Assembly: GCA_030429765.1 (NCBI GenBank)
Contig: JAUIER010000001.1
Location: forward strand, 1,014 to 65,013
Source of the DNA: a bacterium
GTDB taxonomy: Bacteria; Omnitrophota; Gorgyraeia; Zapsychrales; Zapsychraceae
Reading direction: 5' to 3'
DNA length: 64,000 nucleotides
Below the pieces are notes generated by a model. It did not search any database and was not told the origin of the DNA. It saw nothing but the letters and a program-made list of their open reading frames with translations. Shown here in pieces: positions 27,800 through 37,868 of this stretch. A program made the translations under genes and the position numbers. The stretch's first letter is position 1. Every line of letters starts with the position of its first letter.

Positions 27800-28528
27800 A
27801 TGAGATTATTTGGAAAAAATCCGGTTATTGAGCGTCTGCGGGCGAATCCGCATAGCATCCGAAAGATCACCATTCAGCGCGGTTTCAGCGAGGCGGCGTA
27901 TATCAGCAAAAAAGCCAAGCAGTGGAATATTCCTGTGCGCGTGGTGGAGCGCCACAAGATGGACAAGATGACCCGCAACACCAATTCGCAGGGCGTCGTT
28001 GTCGATATCGATGATTTTGAGTACATGCCGTATGACGAATTGCTGGAGTACGCGCTCAAGAAAAAGAAGGTGTTACTGTTTCTCGATGAGCTCAATGATC
28101 CGCAAAATCTCGGCGGGATCATCCGCAGTTTGGGATGCTTCGGCAATTTTGTGATCATCCTGCCGACGCATAAGTCAGTCAAGATTACCGAAGCGGTTTT
28201 GCGGGTGGCCTCCGGCGGTGAAAATTATGTGCAGATCTCCCAGGTTTCCAATTTAGGAAAGGCGATCCGCAAAGCCAAGGATGAGGGATTTAATGTGATC
28301 GGCGCGGTCGTCAAGGATGGTGAACCGATCCATAAGGTTAAATTACATTTTCCATTAGGACTTGTCGTCGGTTCTGAAGCCAAAGGCGTCCGCGAAGTGA
28401 CGCAGAAAGTTTTGGATTCCAAGGTGACGATTCCGATGCATGGTCAGGGCGTAACCTTTAACGCGGCAGTGGCCACGAGTATACTCTGTTATGAAATCAC
28501 CAAACAAAGCCTCGAAAGGCGCGGATAA
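27800..28528 (+). CDS. rlmB: 23S rRNA (Gm2251) 2'-O-methyltransferase, SpoU/TrmH family
   Basis: An N-terminal SpoU substrate-binding region plus 'GNFVIILPTHKS' and 'VVGSEAKGV' SPOUT motifs. Confidence 0.75.
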   Translation: MRLFGKNPVIERLRANPHSIRKITIQRGFSEAAYISKKAKQWNIPVRVVERHKMDKMTRNTNSQGVVVDIDDFEYMPYDELLEYALKKKKVLLFLDELNDPQNLGGIIRSLGCFGNFVIILPTHKSVKITEAVLRVASGGENYVQISQVSNLGKAIRKAKDEGFNVIGAVVKDGEPIHKVKLHFPLGLVVGSEAKGVREVTQKVLDSKVTIPMHGQGVTFNAAVATSILCYEITKQSLERRG

Positions 28529-29102
28529 AAATATCGACGGGGCGCTCGACTTTTTCGCCGAGGCGGGACTGCTCAAGCATATAAAACGCAGCGGATGGTG
28601 GGTGGCCGGGATCAAGGATCCCGAGTCCGTCGCCGAGCACAGTTTTCGCTGCGGCATTATGGCGTACTATCTCGCCCATATGGAGAAAGTTGACAGCAGC
28701 CGGGTGATGAAGATGGCCTTGTTCAATGACATTCATGAGGCGCGAATTAATGATCTGCACAAAATGGGGCATCATTATATCGATTTTCGCGACGCTGAAG
28801 CGCGTGTGTTTCAGGATCAGATGCAGGGGCTCAACTCAAGTTTTACCCGGGAGATGAAGGCTTTGCGTAAAGAATACGAAGATCAGGAAACCCCGGAAAG
28901 TATTGTCGCGCGTGACGCGGATATTCTTGAGTGTCTGTTACAGGCCAAGGAGTATTACGATAACGGACATACCAAGGCGAAAAAGTTTTTTCAGCGCGCG
29001 CCCAAACACTTAAAATCCGCGTCGGCCAAGAAGATATGGTCGCGCATACGTCAATGGGATAGTGGTGAATGGTGGGAGAAGGTGGTCAAATTTGAACGTT
29101 AA
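28491..29102 (+). CDS. HD-domain phosphohydrolase (YfbR-like)
   Basis: 'RSGWW...ESVAEHSFR' is the YfbR-type HD-domain N-terminus. Confidence 0.6.
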   Translation: MKSPNKASKGADKNIDGALDFFAEAGLLKHIKRSGWWVAGIKDPESVAEHSFRCGIMAYYLAHMEKVDSSRVMKMALFNDIHEARINDLHKMGHHYIDFRDAEARVFQDQMQGLNSSFTREMKALRKEYEDQETPESIVARDADILECLLQAKEYYDNGHTKAKKFFQRAPKHLKSASAKKIWSRIRQWDSGEWWEKVVKFER

Positions 29103-29112
29103 AGGTATTAGG

Positions 29113-29877
29113 ATGAAAAGGTTTTGTATATGGTGTGCCATGGGGATGATCGTCATCGGGTCGTCGGGGTGTGCGAGTCTGGGCACATTTAATCCTGCCA
29201 CCGGCCGAAATGAATTGCTGCTGATCTCGACATATCAGGAAGTTGCGCTGGGGCAGGAGGTGCATCAGACCCTGTCCGAGCAATACCAACTGTCGACGGA
29301 TTCGGCAAAGAATGCCCGTTTGCAGCGACTGGGCCAGCAAATGGCCAGTGTGTCGGATCGTCAGGACTATCAGTACACATTTTTCCTGGTTGACGAAGAT
29401 CAGCTTAATGCCTTCACCACACCGGGCGGACGCATTTATGTGTTTACCGGATTGATGGACCGGTTGACCGATGAGCAGCTGGCTTCGGTGCTGGCACATG
29501 AAATCGGGCATTGCGCCGCCAAACATACGGCCAAAAAGTACCAATCGGCATTGGGTTACAATCTGATTGGAAGTCTGGTTCTCGGGCAGATTGCCAGCGA
29601 CAGCGCCCGGCAATTGGCCTCCATCAGTTCCGGCGCCATTATGCAGCTGGTATCGTCTTCCTACAGCCGGCGGGACGAATACGAAGCGGACCGGCTGGCG
29701 GTGAAATATATGCAGCGGGCCGGCTATGATCCCAAGGCCGTCATCGGAGCGTTCGAAGTTCTGAAGGCCAATTCAGGCGGGTCGCAGATTCCCCTCATTC
29801 TTCGCAGCCATCCATATCTTGATGACCGAATTACTGCGGTAAAACAGCAGATAGCCACGGGATCTGTCCAGCCATAG
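29113..29877 (+). CDS. M48-family Zn-metallopeptidase lipoprotein (LoiP/BepA-like)
   Basis: The signal peptide ends in 'SSGC'. 'HEIGHCAAKH' is the HExxH motif, followed by 'EYEAD' downstream. The start was moved to the ATG at 29113. Confidence 0.8.
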   Translation: MKRFCIWCAMGMIVIGSSGCASLGTFNPATGRNELLLISTYQEVALGQEVHQTLSEQYQLSTDSAKNARLQRLGQQMASVSDRQDYQYTFFLVDEDQLNAFTTPGGRIYVFTGLMDRLTDEQLASVLAHEIGHCAAKHTAKKYQSALGYNLIGSLVLGQIASDSARQLASISSGAIMQLVSSSYSRRDEYEADRLAVKYMQRAGYDPKAVIGAFEVLKANSGGSQIPLILRSHPYLDDRITAVKQQIATGSVQP

Positions 29878-29974
29878 AGAGTCAATTTTCTAAAAAATTT
29901 AATTTTTAAATTATCAGTTGTTTTTTTAATGTTAGAATGATGAAAGCCTTGAACCGTATGATTGACGAAAGGCG

Positions 29975-30274
29975 TTGCAAATGAAAAGGATCGGGATCGC
30001 CGCCAGCCGGATTTCCAAAGGGAATGTTGTGCACTACAATTTGTGTGTGGTGGGCATTTCGCTGCTGGTGTCGTTGTTTCTTTTCTTAATTGCCGGGTTG
30101 GCCGTATTGCTGGCCATCGGCTTAGTGGCTTTTTTCGGTCACGAAACAATGACGGAAGAATTGCGGAACAACTGGACGACGATCATGTCGCTATGTGCCA
30201 GGGCGTTGGGGCTGGCTGTTGTCGTGTTCAATATTGTTGCCCTGGCTATCAATATCAAGATACCGCCGAAGTAA
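29975..30274 (+). CDS. Small hypothetical membrane protein (2 TM helices)
   Basis: 99 aa. Preceded by an AT-rich promoter-like region (TAGAAT). No family recognised. Confidence 0.35.
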   Translation: MQMKRIGIAASRISKGNVVHYNLCVVGISLLVSLFLFLIAGLAVLLAIGLVAFFGHETMTEELRNNWTTIMSLCARALGLAVVVFNIVALAINIKIPPK

Positions 30275-30286
30275 GTTCAAAACTTT

Positions 30287-32593
30287 ATGTCTACCAAATC
30301 TATCGAATACAAAGAAATCATCGAGAACATTCAAACGAATATCGGACGTGTCCTGCCCGCCACCAAGCCGAAGTTCATATATATGAATGAACATATGCGC
30401 AGTCGGTTTGGATACAATCTCAAGAACATGCAGAAGGTCTACCTGGAGAATCTTTTTGGAGAGCGTCGGGTGTTTCTCAAATTCAGGAAAGAACTTTACA
30501 CCGAAAACCGGGTGAGCAAATTCGAGGCCCGTCTTAAAGGCGTTCAGAAAACATCATTCTGGTGCTCGATCTCGGCGGTGATGACGCGTGATCGAATCGG
30601 CAATCCGAAACATATTGATCTTTATATCGAAGATATTTCCTCACGTAAACGCTATGAGAAAGAATTGGTTGAGTCCAAGGAGTTGTTTCAGACCGTGTTT
30701 AACAACACGGCGGCGGCCATCATGGTGACCGATAAGAATGAGCGGCTGGTGGCCTGGAATCCGTACGCGGAACATTTACTGGAAATGGAACGTGAAGATT
30801 TGTTCAATAAACCGGTCAAGGAATTGTATCCGGCCAAAGAATGGCGCCGGATTAAGTCGTATAAGATCGGACAGAAAGGCGTGAAAGCCAATATTGAGAC
30901 GCAGATTTACAAAAAAGACGGGTCGCTGCTTGAGGTAAATATCTCGGTGTCGATGCTCAAAGATCTGGAAGGCAAGGCCATCGGATCAATCGGGATCATT
31001 CGGGACATCACTCAGCAGAAGGAAGATGAACGAAAGATCCGCGAGTCGGAAAACAAGATACGGATTATTCTCGATAACTCGGCGGCCAGTATCACCTTAA
31101 CAGATGAACAGGAGCGGATTGTTTCCTGGAACCGATACACCGAAGAGCTGCTGGGGATGAAGAAGAAAGATTTGTACCTGAAGCATATCAGCACGCTGTA
31201 TCCCAAGGAAGAATGGGAGAAGATTCGCGGGGAAAATATCCGAAAGACCGGTTCCAAGCATCATATGGAAACCAAGATTGTGAAGAAGAACGGCGATCTC
31301 GTCGACGTGGATCTGTCGGTCAATATTTTGAGTGATGAGGATAAGGGTATCACCGGTTCGGTTGGAATTATGCAGGACATCACGCAGCAGAAACGCGCGC
31401 AGGAGATGCTGATTCAGGCCAAGATTGCCGCGGAAGAGGCCAATAACGCCAAGTCGCTGTTTCTGGCCAACATGTCGCACGAAGTGCGGACACCGATCAA
31501 CACCATTATCGGGATGCTCGATCTGACGCTTGACACCACGCTTAATCAGGAGCAGCAGGATAATCTGGAAGTGGCCAAGGACGCGTCGGTTAATCTGCTG
31601 AGTTTGTTGAATGATATCCTGGATCTGTCACGGGTCGAGGCCGGCAAGATCAGCCTGGAGGACATCGAGTTTCATATGCACAATGTCGCGCACAGCGTGA
31701 CCAAGGGGATGTCGGTGCTGGCCAAGAAAAAGGGATTGGAAACCGTCTTAAATATCCAAAATGATGTTCCTCAACTGGTCGAAGGTGATCCCGTCCGGTT
31801 GCGGCAGGTCATTGTGAATCTCATCAATAACGCCATCAAGTTTACACACAAGGGCAAGATCACGACGGAGATCAAGGTCGCCTCCAAAAACGGCAACGAG
31901 ATCATGCTGTTATTCTCCATCATTGATGAAGGGATCGGTATTCCTAAAAGCAAACAGGACAAAATTTTTGACATCTTCGCGCAGGCGGATGATTCCACGA
32001 CAAGACGATTCGGCGGGACCGGACTTGGGCTGGCGATATCCAAACGTCTGGTGGAGATGATGGGTGGACGAATCTGGGTGGAAAGTGAAGAGGGTAAAGG
32101 CAGTGCGTTTAATTTCACCGCCAATTTTAAGATTGTCAAAGAAAAGTCCCTATCATCTGCCGGTCTTGAATCCGGGGTTGAGATTGACGATAAATATATT
32201 CAGGAACAGCTTCAGGGAATTAAAATTTTGTTGGCTGAGGACAATATCGTGAATCAAAAGATCGCGGTTAAACTTTTGGAAAAACAAGGATGGGTCGTGA
32301 CAGCGGTTGACAACGGACAGGATGCTGTCGACAAGGCTCTGCATAATAATTATGATGTCGTTCTGATGGACGCCAATATGCCGATTCTCGACGGGCTCGA
32401 GGCGACACGGCTGATCCGGGAGAATGAACAGAAAACAGGGAAGCATATTCCAATTATCGCTTTGACGGCACGCGCGATGCAGGAAGACAAAAAGCGCTGT
32501 CTGGATTCCGGTATGGATGGTTATGTGACCAAGCCCATAGATCGTAAAGAGCTTTTTCAGACGATCGGAAAAATCATCAAACAAGGAAGGTAA
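30287..32593 (+). CDS. Hybrid sensor histidine kinase: multiple PAS domains, HisKA, HATPase and a C-terminal receiver
   Basis: PAS repeats ('AAAIMVTDKNERLVAWN', 'AASITLTDEQERIVSWN'). H-box 'MSHEVRTPIN'. G-boxes 'DEGIGIP' and 'GGTGLGLAISK'. REC 'ILLAEDN...VVLMDANMPILDG'. Confidence 0.9.
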   Translation: MSTKSIEYKEIIENIQTNIGRVLPATKPKFIYMNEHMRSRFGYNLKNMQKVYLENLFGERRVFLKFRKELYTENRVSKFEARLKGVQKTSFWCSISAVMTRDRIGNPKHIDLYIEDISSRKRYEKELVESKELFQTVFNNTAAAIMVTDKNERLVAWNPYAEHLLEMEREDLFNKPVKELYPAKEWRRIKSYKIGQKGVKANIETQIYKKDGSLLEVNISVSMLKDLEGKAIGSIGIIRDITQQKEDERKIRESENKIRIILDNSAASITLTDEQERIVSWNRYTEELLGMKKKDLYLKHISTLYPKEEWEKIRGENIRKTGSKHHMETKIVKKNGDLVDVDLSVNILSDEDKGITGSVGIMQDITQQKRAQEMLIQAKIAAEEANNAKSLFLANMSHEVRTPINTIIGMLDLTLDTTLNQEQQDNLEVAKDASVNLLSLLNDILDLSRVEAGKISLEDIEFHMHNVAHSVTKGMSVLAKKKGLETVLNIQNDVPQLVEGDPVRLRQVIVNLINNAIKFTHKGKITTEIKVASKNGNEIMLLFSIIDEGIGIPKSKQDKIFDIFAQADDSTTRRFGGTGLGLAISKRLVEMMGGRIWVESEEGKGSAFNFTANFKIVKEKSLSSAGLESGVEIDDKYIQEQLQGIKILLAEDNIVNQKIAVKLLEKQGWVVTAVDNGQDAVDKALHNNYDVVLMDANMPILDGLEATRLIRENEQKTGKHIPIIALTARAMQEDKKRCLDSGMDGYVTKPIDRKELFQTIGKIIKQGR

Positions 32594-32596
32594 ACT

Positions 32597-32944
32597 ATGA
32601 GCGACGACATTCTTGATGTGCCGGAATTTATGGAGCGGGTTCAGGATGACAAAGATTTATTGCGTGAGCTCCTCGACATATTTATGGAAGACTATGCGCA
32701 AAAACGTAAAAATCTCGGCGAGGCCATTATGGCCAAAGATTTTGAGTCGATCCGCAGTATCGGCCACTCGGTGAAGGGCGCGTCGGGAAATATTTCCGCG
32801 AAACGTGTTCGCGAGATATGCATGCAGTTGGAGAACAAGGGTAAGGATCAGGACGGCGAGGGCTTGGAAGATCTCCTGGCCAGTCTTGATAAGGAATATG
32901 AACAGCTCAAGGAACGGATCGCCGTCGTCCAACAAGAACTCTAG
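32597..32944 (+). CDS. Hpt (histidine phosphotransfer) domain protein
   Basis: 'HSVKGASGNISAKRV' Hpt motif. 115 aa, starting 4 nt after the kinase stop. Confidence 0.8.
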   Translation: MSDDILDVPEFMERVQDDKDLLRELLDIFMEDYAQKRKNLGEAIMAKDFESIRSIGHSVKGASGNISAKRVREICMQLENKGKDQDGEGLEDLLASLDKEYEQLKERIAVVQQEL

Positions 32945-32946
32945 CC

Positions 32947-34638
32947 ATGAAGCTTTTGAGCTTCAACAATTGGAATGGTCTGACGATATTGGCTGTGCTG
33001 GCCGTTATCGGGTTTTTGTGTTATGGCCGGGTCATTTCCTATCCGTTTGTTCATGATGATGTCGTTTTCATCGTCAACAATCCTGACATCAAATCACTTG
33101 ATCTCATTGAGATTTTTCATCCGCGTGCGGTGGACACCGCCGTGCCGGAGCTGGTTAATACCTATTATCGTCCATTGATTGAACTGGTTCATCGGATCCA
33201 GTACCGACTATTCGGACTCACGCCTCACGGCTATCATCTCACTAATATAATCCTGCATATCCTCAACGCCTTTATGTTGTTTGCGTTGTTCACCCGGTTG
33301 AAGACTCTAACCAAAGGGATCGCGTTTAGCGCGGCGGTGATTTTTCTCGTGCATCCGGTTCAAACCGAATCGGTGGCCTGTATTTCCGGGATATCGAACG
33401 TGCTGCTGCTGACCATGATGCTGGGGAGTTTTCATCTCTACCTCGATGGTACGCGTAAAGGAGTTTTCTGGAAGTATCTGCTAGCGTTGGTGATTTTTCT
33501 AATCGGCTGTTTTGTCAAGGAGCAGATGATTGTCCTGCCGTTTGTCATCGCCTTGTTCGAATGGCTGACAGACCGTCGCATGAAGTCCGTGGCGGGATAT
33601 CTAATCCCGCTTGTAGTTTACTTTGTGCTTCGTAAATTGATCTTGGGATTCTCCACGACGGTGATTTTTGATCCCAACGGCGAGTATCTGCTGAGAATGG
33701 CCGCCATTCCGCGATCGATCCTGACTTATTTGTCGTTGATGATCTTTCCGGTGAACCTGCATTATTATCGAAGTTTGAATGTGCTGGAACCCAGCATATT
33801 TGCGGCGATGATTGTGGCGGTTTTAATCGGTATTGTATATTGGGGGTGTCGACGATTTCAGTCACCGTATCGGCCTTATGTGATTTTCGGTCTGGGCTGG
33901 ATGATGCTGACGATTGCCCCGATGCTCAATATCATTCCGTTGGTTAACGAGTACGCGAGCATCCTCAACTTTGAACATTTTCTGTACATTCCATTGGCTG
34001 GGATGAGTTTGATAGTTTGTCTGGTGGCTGCGCATGCGGCGGAAAAATTTAAAGTTTCACCTTCAATGCTACGGAATATCATTATCTGTGTCATGATCGT
34101 GGGCTCGGGACTGACGATCCATCAGAATCGATTCTGGCGGTCCGAGATCGCGTTGTTCGAACGTACACTAAATTATGTCGATTCGGCCCGTGTCCGCATC
34201 CTGCTGGGGAAGGCGTACTACTTTGATGGGCGTCACCATGATGCCATCGGGCAGTACCAGCAGGCGCTGGATCAGATGGGCCAATATATTCGTCGGGCGA
34301 CAAATCCTTCATTAACAGCGTTTTACACGGGGTTTATCAAAGAGATTTATTTTGACCTAGCCCATTGTTACGAGGCTTTGAAAAATTGGCCGCAAGCCGT
34401 TAAAATGTATCGTCAGGGGATTGAAATCGATCCGACAGATATAAATTTCTACAACAACCTGGCCGTTCTGTATATCCGGCAGTCCGAGTATAAATCGGCC
34501 ATTCGGTATCTGGAACAGGCCCTGGTGCTGAATCCGCAGCATCCGATAACGCGCCAGAATCTGGCTTATTGTCTGGTTCAAGTCGGTCAAAAAGACCGGG
34601 CCGATCAACTAATGCAAACAGAAAGACGAAATCCATGA
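32947..34638 (+). CDS. TMTC-like GT-C membrane glycosyltransferase (DUF1736-type N-terminal domain) fused to C-terminal TPR repeats
   Basis: The N-terminus has 'YPFVHDDVVFIVNNP...YYRPL'. There are ~10 TM helices, then TPR repeats ('AHCYEALKNWPQAVKMYRQGIEIDP', 'YNNLAVLYIRQSEYKSAIRYLEQAL'). Confidence 0.7.
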   Translation: MKLLSFNNWNGLTILAVLAVIGFLCYGRVISYPFVHDDVVFIVNNPDIKSLDLIEIFHPRAVDTAVPELVNTYYRPLIELVHRIQYRLFGLTPHGYHLTNIILHILNAFMLFALFTRLKTLTKGIAFSAAVIFLVHPVQTESVACISGISNVLLLTMMLGSFHLYLDGTRKGVFWKYLLALVIFLIGCFVKEQMIVLPFVIALFEWLTDRRMKSVAGYLIPLVVYFVLRKLILGFSTTVIFDPNGEYLLRMAAIPRSILTYLSLMIFPVNLHYYRSLNVLEPSIFAAMIVAVLIGIVYWGCRRFQSPYRPYVIFGLGWMMLTIAPMLNIIPLVNEYASILNFEHFLYIPLAGMSLIVCLVAAHAAEKFKVSPSMLRNIIICVMIVGSGLTIHQNRFWRSEIALFERTLNYVDSARVRILLGKAYYFDGRHHDAIGQYQQALDQMGQYIRRATNPSLTAFYTGFIKEIYFDLAHCYEALKNWPQAVKMYRQGIEIDPTDINFYNNLAVLYIRQSEYKSAIRYLEQALVLNPQHPITRQNLAYCLVQVGQKDRADQLMQTERRNP

Positions 34639-35327
34639 CCGCGCCATCACCCGCTACCCTTACGGCCTTTATCCTGCTTGTTGTGCTAACCGTGTTATTG
34701 ATCGAGGTGTTGTTGATTCCGGAAGTCAAAAAACGGACCCGCAAACGCAAAAAGAATCGTAAGCCGGAGCCATCCGAAGAAGAGCTGAAACTGCGTGAAT
34801 CGATCAAGCGGATGGAGAACAAGATCGACAGTCTAAAAGCCGAACTGGATGAGGCTGCGCTGAATGCCAAGCGTCTGGAGAAATCCATCGAAGAGGAGCA
34901 GGCCAAGTCGGCCAAGCTTCAGGAAAAGCTCACGACGGAGCGCGGCTGGCATGAAAAAGAGCAGCAGGAGATTTATAAGAAGAACAAAGAGATCCAAAAA
35001 ATGCGCGAGGAGTTTCAGATTGAACAGGAAAACTTTAGTCGTGAGCATACGGAGTTTATCAAACTTGAGCATGAGCTTAAACGGGTGAAGAGTGAGTATC
35101 AGGAATTGCACAATCAGAAGCGGGCACTTGAGCGGGAAAACTCAATCTTTAAAGGTAAGATCGAAGGTCAGCGAAAAGAGATCATGAATCTCAAAGGAGA
35201 TATTGCCGGGCTGAACAAGAAAAAGGAAGAAGAGAGCTGGATTGCCAAGTCTGAATACGGTCGGTTGGAAAAAGAAATGGAAAAGCTTCAGAAAGAACTG
35301 GAACGGGTGCAACGTGACCAAGACTAG
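34635..35327 (+). CDS. Membrane-anchored coiled-coil protein (K/E-rich)
   Basis: An N-terminal TM helix, then a ~190-aa heptad-like KE-rich sequence. An ATGA overlap with the upstream stop (the track ORF starts earlier at 34569). Confidence 0.5.
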   Translation: MTAPSPATLTAFILLVVLTVLLIEVLLIPEVKKRTRKRKKNRKPEPSEEELKLRESIKRMENKIDSLKAELDEAALNAKRLEKSIEEEQAKSAKLQEKLTTERGWHEKEQQEIYKKNKEIQKMREEFQIEQENFSREHTEFIKLEHELKRVKSEYQELHNQKRALERENSIFKGKIEGQRKEIMNLKGDIAGLNKKKEEESWIAKSEYGRLEKEMEKLQKELERVQRDQD

Positions 35328-36510
35328 TAAGTTTAATTTTGCCCGTCGCTGTGACTGGGATCTTCAGACGAATGAGATCACCCGTCTCAAGGAACAGCTG
35401 ATCCGGCAAGGCACGGACATCATTGATTTGACGGTTTCAAATCCCACCCAATGCGGTCTGATCTTTGACCAGGATATATCGTTGGCTGAATTGTCGGATG
35501 ACCGCAACAGATTGTATAGCGCGGAATCTCAAGGGATGGCAGAAGCGCGTGCCGCCGTCAGTCAGATGTACGCCAAGCAGGGAGTGAATGTCGCACCTGA
35601 ACGGATATTTTTGACAGCGTCGACGTCCGAGGCCTACACCTACCTGTTTCGGTTGCTGGCCAATCCGGACGATACCGTTCTATTTCCCGCTCCGAGTTAT
35701 CCGCTGTTTAATTTTCTGGGGACATTGAATGATGTCCGGATCAATTTTTATCAGTTAATGTATGATCAACGGTGGCAGATAGATTTTGCGGACTTGGTTG
35801 AACAGCTGCAACCTGACGCCCGGGCGATTGTGTTGGTGAATCCCAACAATCCAACAGGATCTTATGTGTCCAATGAAGAGATCGGACATTTGAACCGGAT
35901 ATGCGCGGACCGGCAGATGGCGATCATCAGCGACGAGGTATTTTTTGATTTCAATCACCAACGGCAAAGTTTCACCAGCCTGGCCGGTAATGAGCCCGCC
36001 TTGACGTTTGTGATGGGCGGTTTATCCAAGACGCTGGGATTTCCGCAAATGAAACTTTCGTGGATTATACTCAGCGGGCCGGACGATCTGGTTGCGCAGG
36101 CCCGATCCAAACTGGAAATTATTGCCGACACATTTCTGTCGGTAAATACGCCGGTCCAGAACGCGTTGCCGCAATGGTTGGCCCAGAAAGCGCATCGTCA
36201 GCAGCCGATTCAGCAGCGGATAAAGGCCAATCTTGAATGCCTTAAGCAATCAATTGATGGCTTGCGGGCGGCCCAGCTGTTGGATGTTCAGGGTGGATGG
36301 TACGCCATTGTCAGAATTGACCAGACCAGGACCGAAGAGGAATGGGTGCTGAAATTGCTTGGCAAGTATCATGTGTTCGTACATCCGGGATTTTTTTATG
36401 ACTTTGCCGAAGGTTCCCATCTGGTGCTGAGTTTATTGCCACCGACGGAACGCTTTAGGGATGGCGTCGAAAGGATGCTGAGCCGTTTAGAACAGCCCTA
36501 TCACGGATGA
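35309..36510 (+). CDS. Class I/II PLP-dependent aminotransferase
   Basis: 'GGLSKTLGFPQMKLSWI' Lys-PLP region, 'NPNNPTG' and 'DEVF' motifs. The start is uncertain; GTG at 35309 overlaps the upstream gene (track start 35242). Confidence 0.7.
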
Positions 36511-36584
36511 CGCCGACGGTAAATTGCTTTAATTTCAGGTTTTAATTTGCTATCATGACAGGATGTTCGGAAAGGATATAACAT

Positions 36585-36998
36585 ATGACAAACAATCCAG
36601 TTAAAGTGTTAATGGCCGAGGATGAGATCGATGTCCTCACAGTGATGAGCAAATCCATCGCTCGTCATGGCTACGAGGTGGTCACCGCGTCCAATGGTGA
36701 AGAGGCCTGGGAAAAGATACAGCAGGAATCACCGGACGTGATTTTGCTCGATATCAATATGCCGCTAAAGAATGGCTTTGAAGTGCTGAAGCTGCTGAGG
36801 GAAAATCCCAGTAGTGACAAATGGCAGCCGGTCATCATTATCTCGGCCCGCTCGGAACTTAGCGATATGCAGAAAAGTTATAATCTTGAAGCCGATCATT
36901 ACATCACCAAGCCCTGTCAGATGGACGATATTCTCAAATCGATCCGTCTGATGGTCAATTTAATACCACAACATAAAAAACCGTCGGAAATGGACTAA
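36585..36998 (+). CDS. Single-domain response regulator (CheY-like receiver)
   Basis: 'VLMAEDE' acid pocket, 'LLDINMP' phosphoacceptor Asp, 'IIISA' and 'YITKP' motifs. 137 aa. Confidence 0.85.
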   Translation: MTNNPVKVLMAEDEIDVLTVMSKSIARHGYEVVTASNGEEAWEKIQQESPDVILLDINMPLKNGFEVLKLLRENPSSDKWQPVIIISARSELSDMQKSYNLEADHYITKPCQMDDILKSIRLMVNLIPQHKKPSEMD

Positions 36999-37026
36999 GG
37001 AAGTTTACGACGCTGTGAGATAGATT

Positions 37027-37836
37027 ATGAAAATCCTTGTAGGACTTATGATCACTCTGGGAGTGATGTTTTTAGCCATTCGAATTCTTGAAAAAATTTC
37101 TGTATTTTTTCCGTCGAAGGAGATTCTGCAGACACCCGCCAGCGTGCGGCTCGATTTTGAAGATGTCTTTATCACCGATGGACAGGCCGCCATTCGAATT
37201 CACGGCTGGTGGATTCCACGGATGGGCGCGGATAAAACCGTTTTATTTCTGCATGGAAATGCCGGGAATATCGGAGATCGGCTGGACAAGGCCCAATTGT
37301 TTCATGAACTGGGTGTGAATGTACTCATGATCGACTATCGCGGGTTCGGTCGCAGTGAAGGTAAGCCCACGGAAGCCGGCATGTATCGGGACAGTCAGCT
37401 CGCTCTTAATTTTCTATACGATGATAAGGGGATTCCGTCCCAGGATGTGGTGGTTTACGGTGATTCGCTCGGCGGTGTCGCTGCAACATATGTGGCGGCG
37501 CACAATGAGGTTGGCGGATTGGTGGTGGACTCGTCGTTCACGCATTCACGCGATATGGCCCGCTACATGTATCCATGGGTGCCGTCGTTTTTGGTCCGAA
37601 AGATGCTGGATTCGCTCGAACGGATTGTGCAGGTGGATGAGCCTAAATTATTTTTCCATAGTCCGGAAGACCGGACGGTCCCGTTTGCGCTCGGACGCAA
37701 GCTGTTTGACGCGGCCGCTCAGCCCAAGACATTTATCGAAACCCGTGGTGGGCATAATGATGCCCATCTGCATTCCGATGATCTCTATCGAGACGCGCTT
37801 TCCCGGTTTCTTGAAGATCTGCACGTCCGTCAATAG
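37027..37836 (+). CDS. Alpha/beta-fold hydrolase with an N-terminal TM anchor
   Basis: 'GDSLGG' nucleophile elbow and 'HGNAGN'. Confidence 0.7.
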   Translation: MKILVGLMITLGVMFLAIRILEKISVFFPSKEILQTPASVRLDFEDVFITDGQAAIRIHGWWIPRMGADKTVLFLHGNAGNIGDRLDKAQLFHELGVNVLMIDYRGFGRSEGKPTEAGMYRDSQLALNFLYDDKGIPSQDVVVYGDSLGGVAATYVAAHNEVGGLVVDSSFTHSRDMARYMYPWVPSFLVRKMLDSLERIVQVDEPKLFFHSPEDRTVPFALGRKLFDAAAQPKTFIETRGGHNDAHLHSDDLYRDALSRFLEDLHVRQ

Positions 37837-37868
37837 CTTGCCGTTGAGGATCTTGAAGCGTTGGAATA

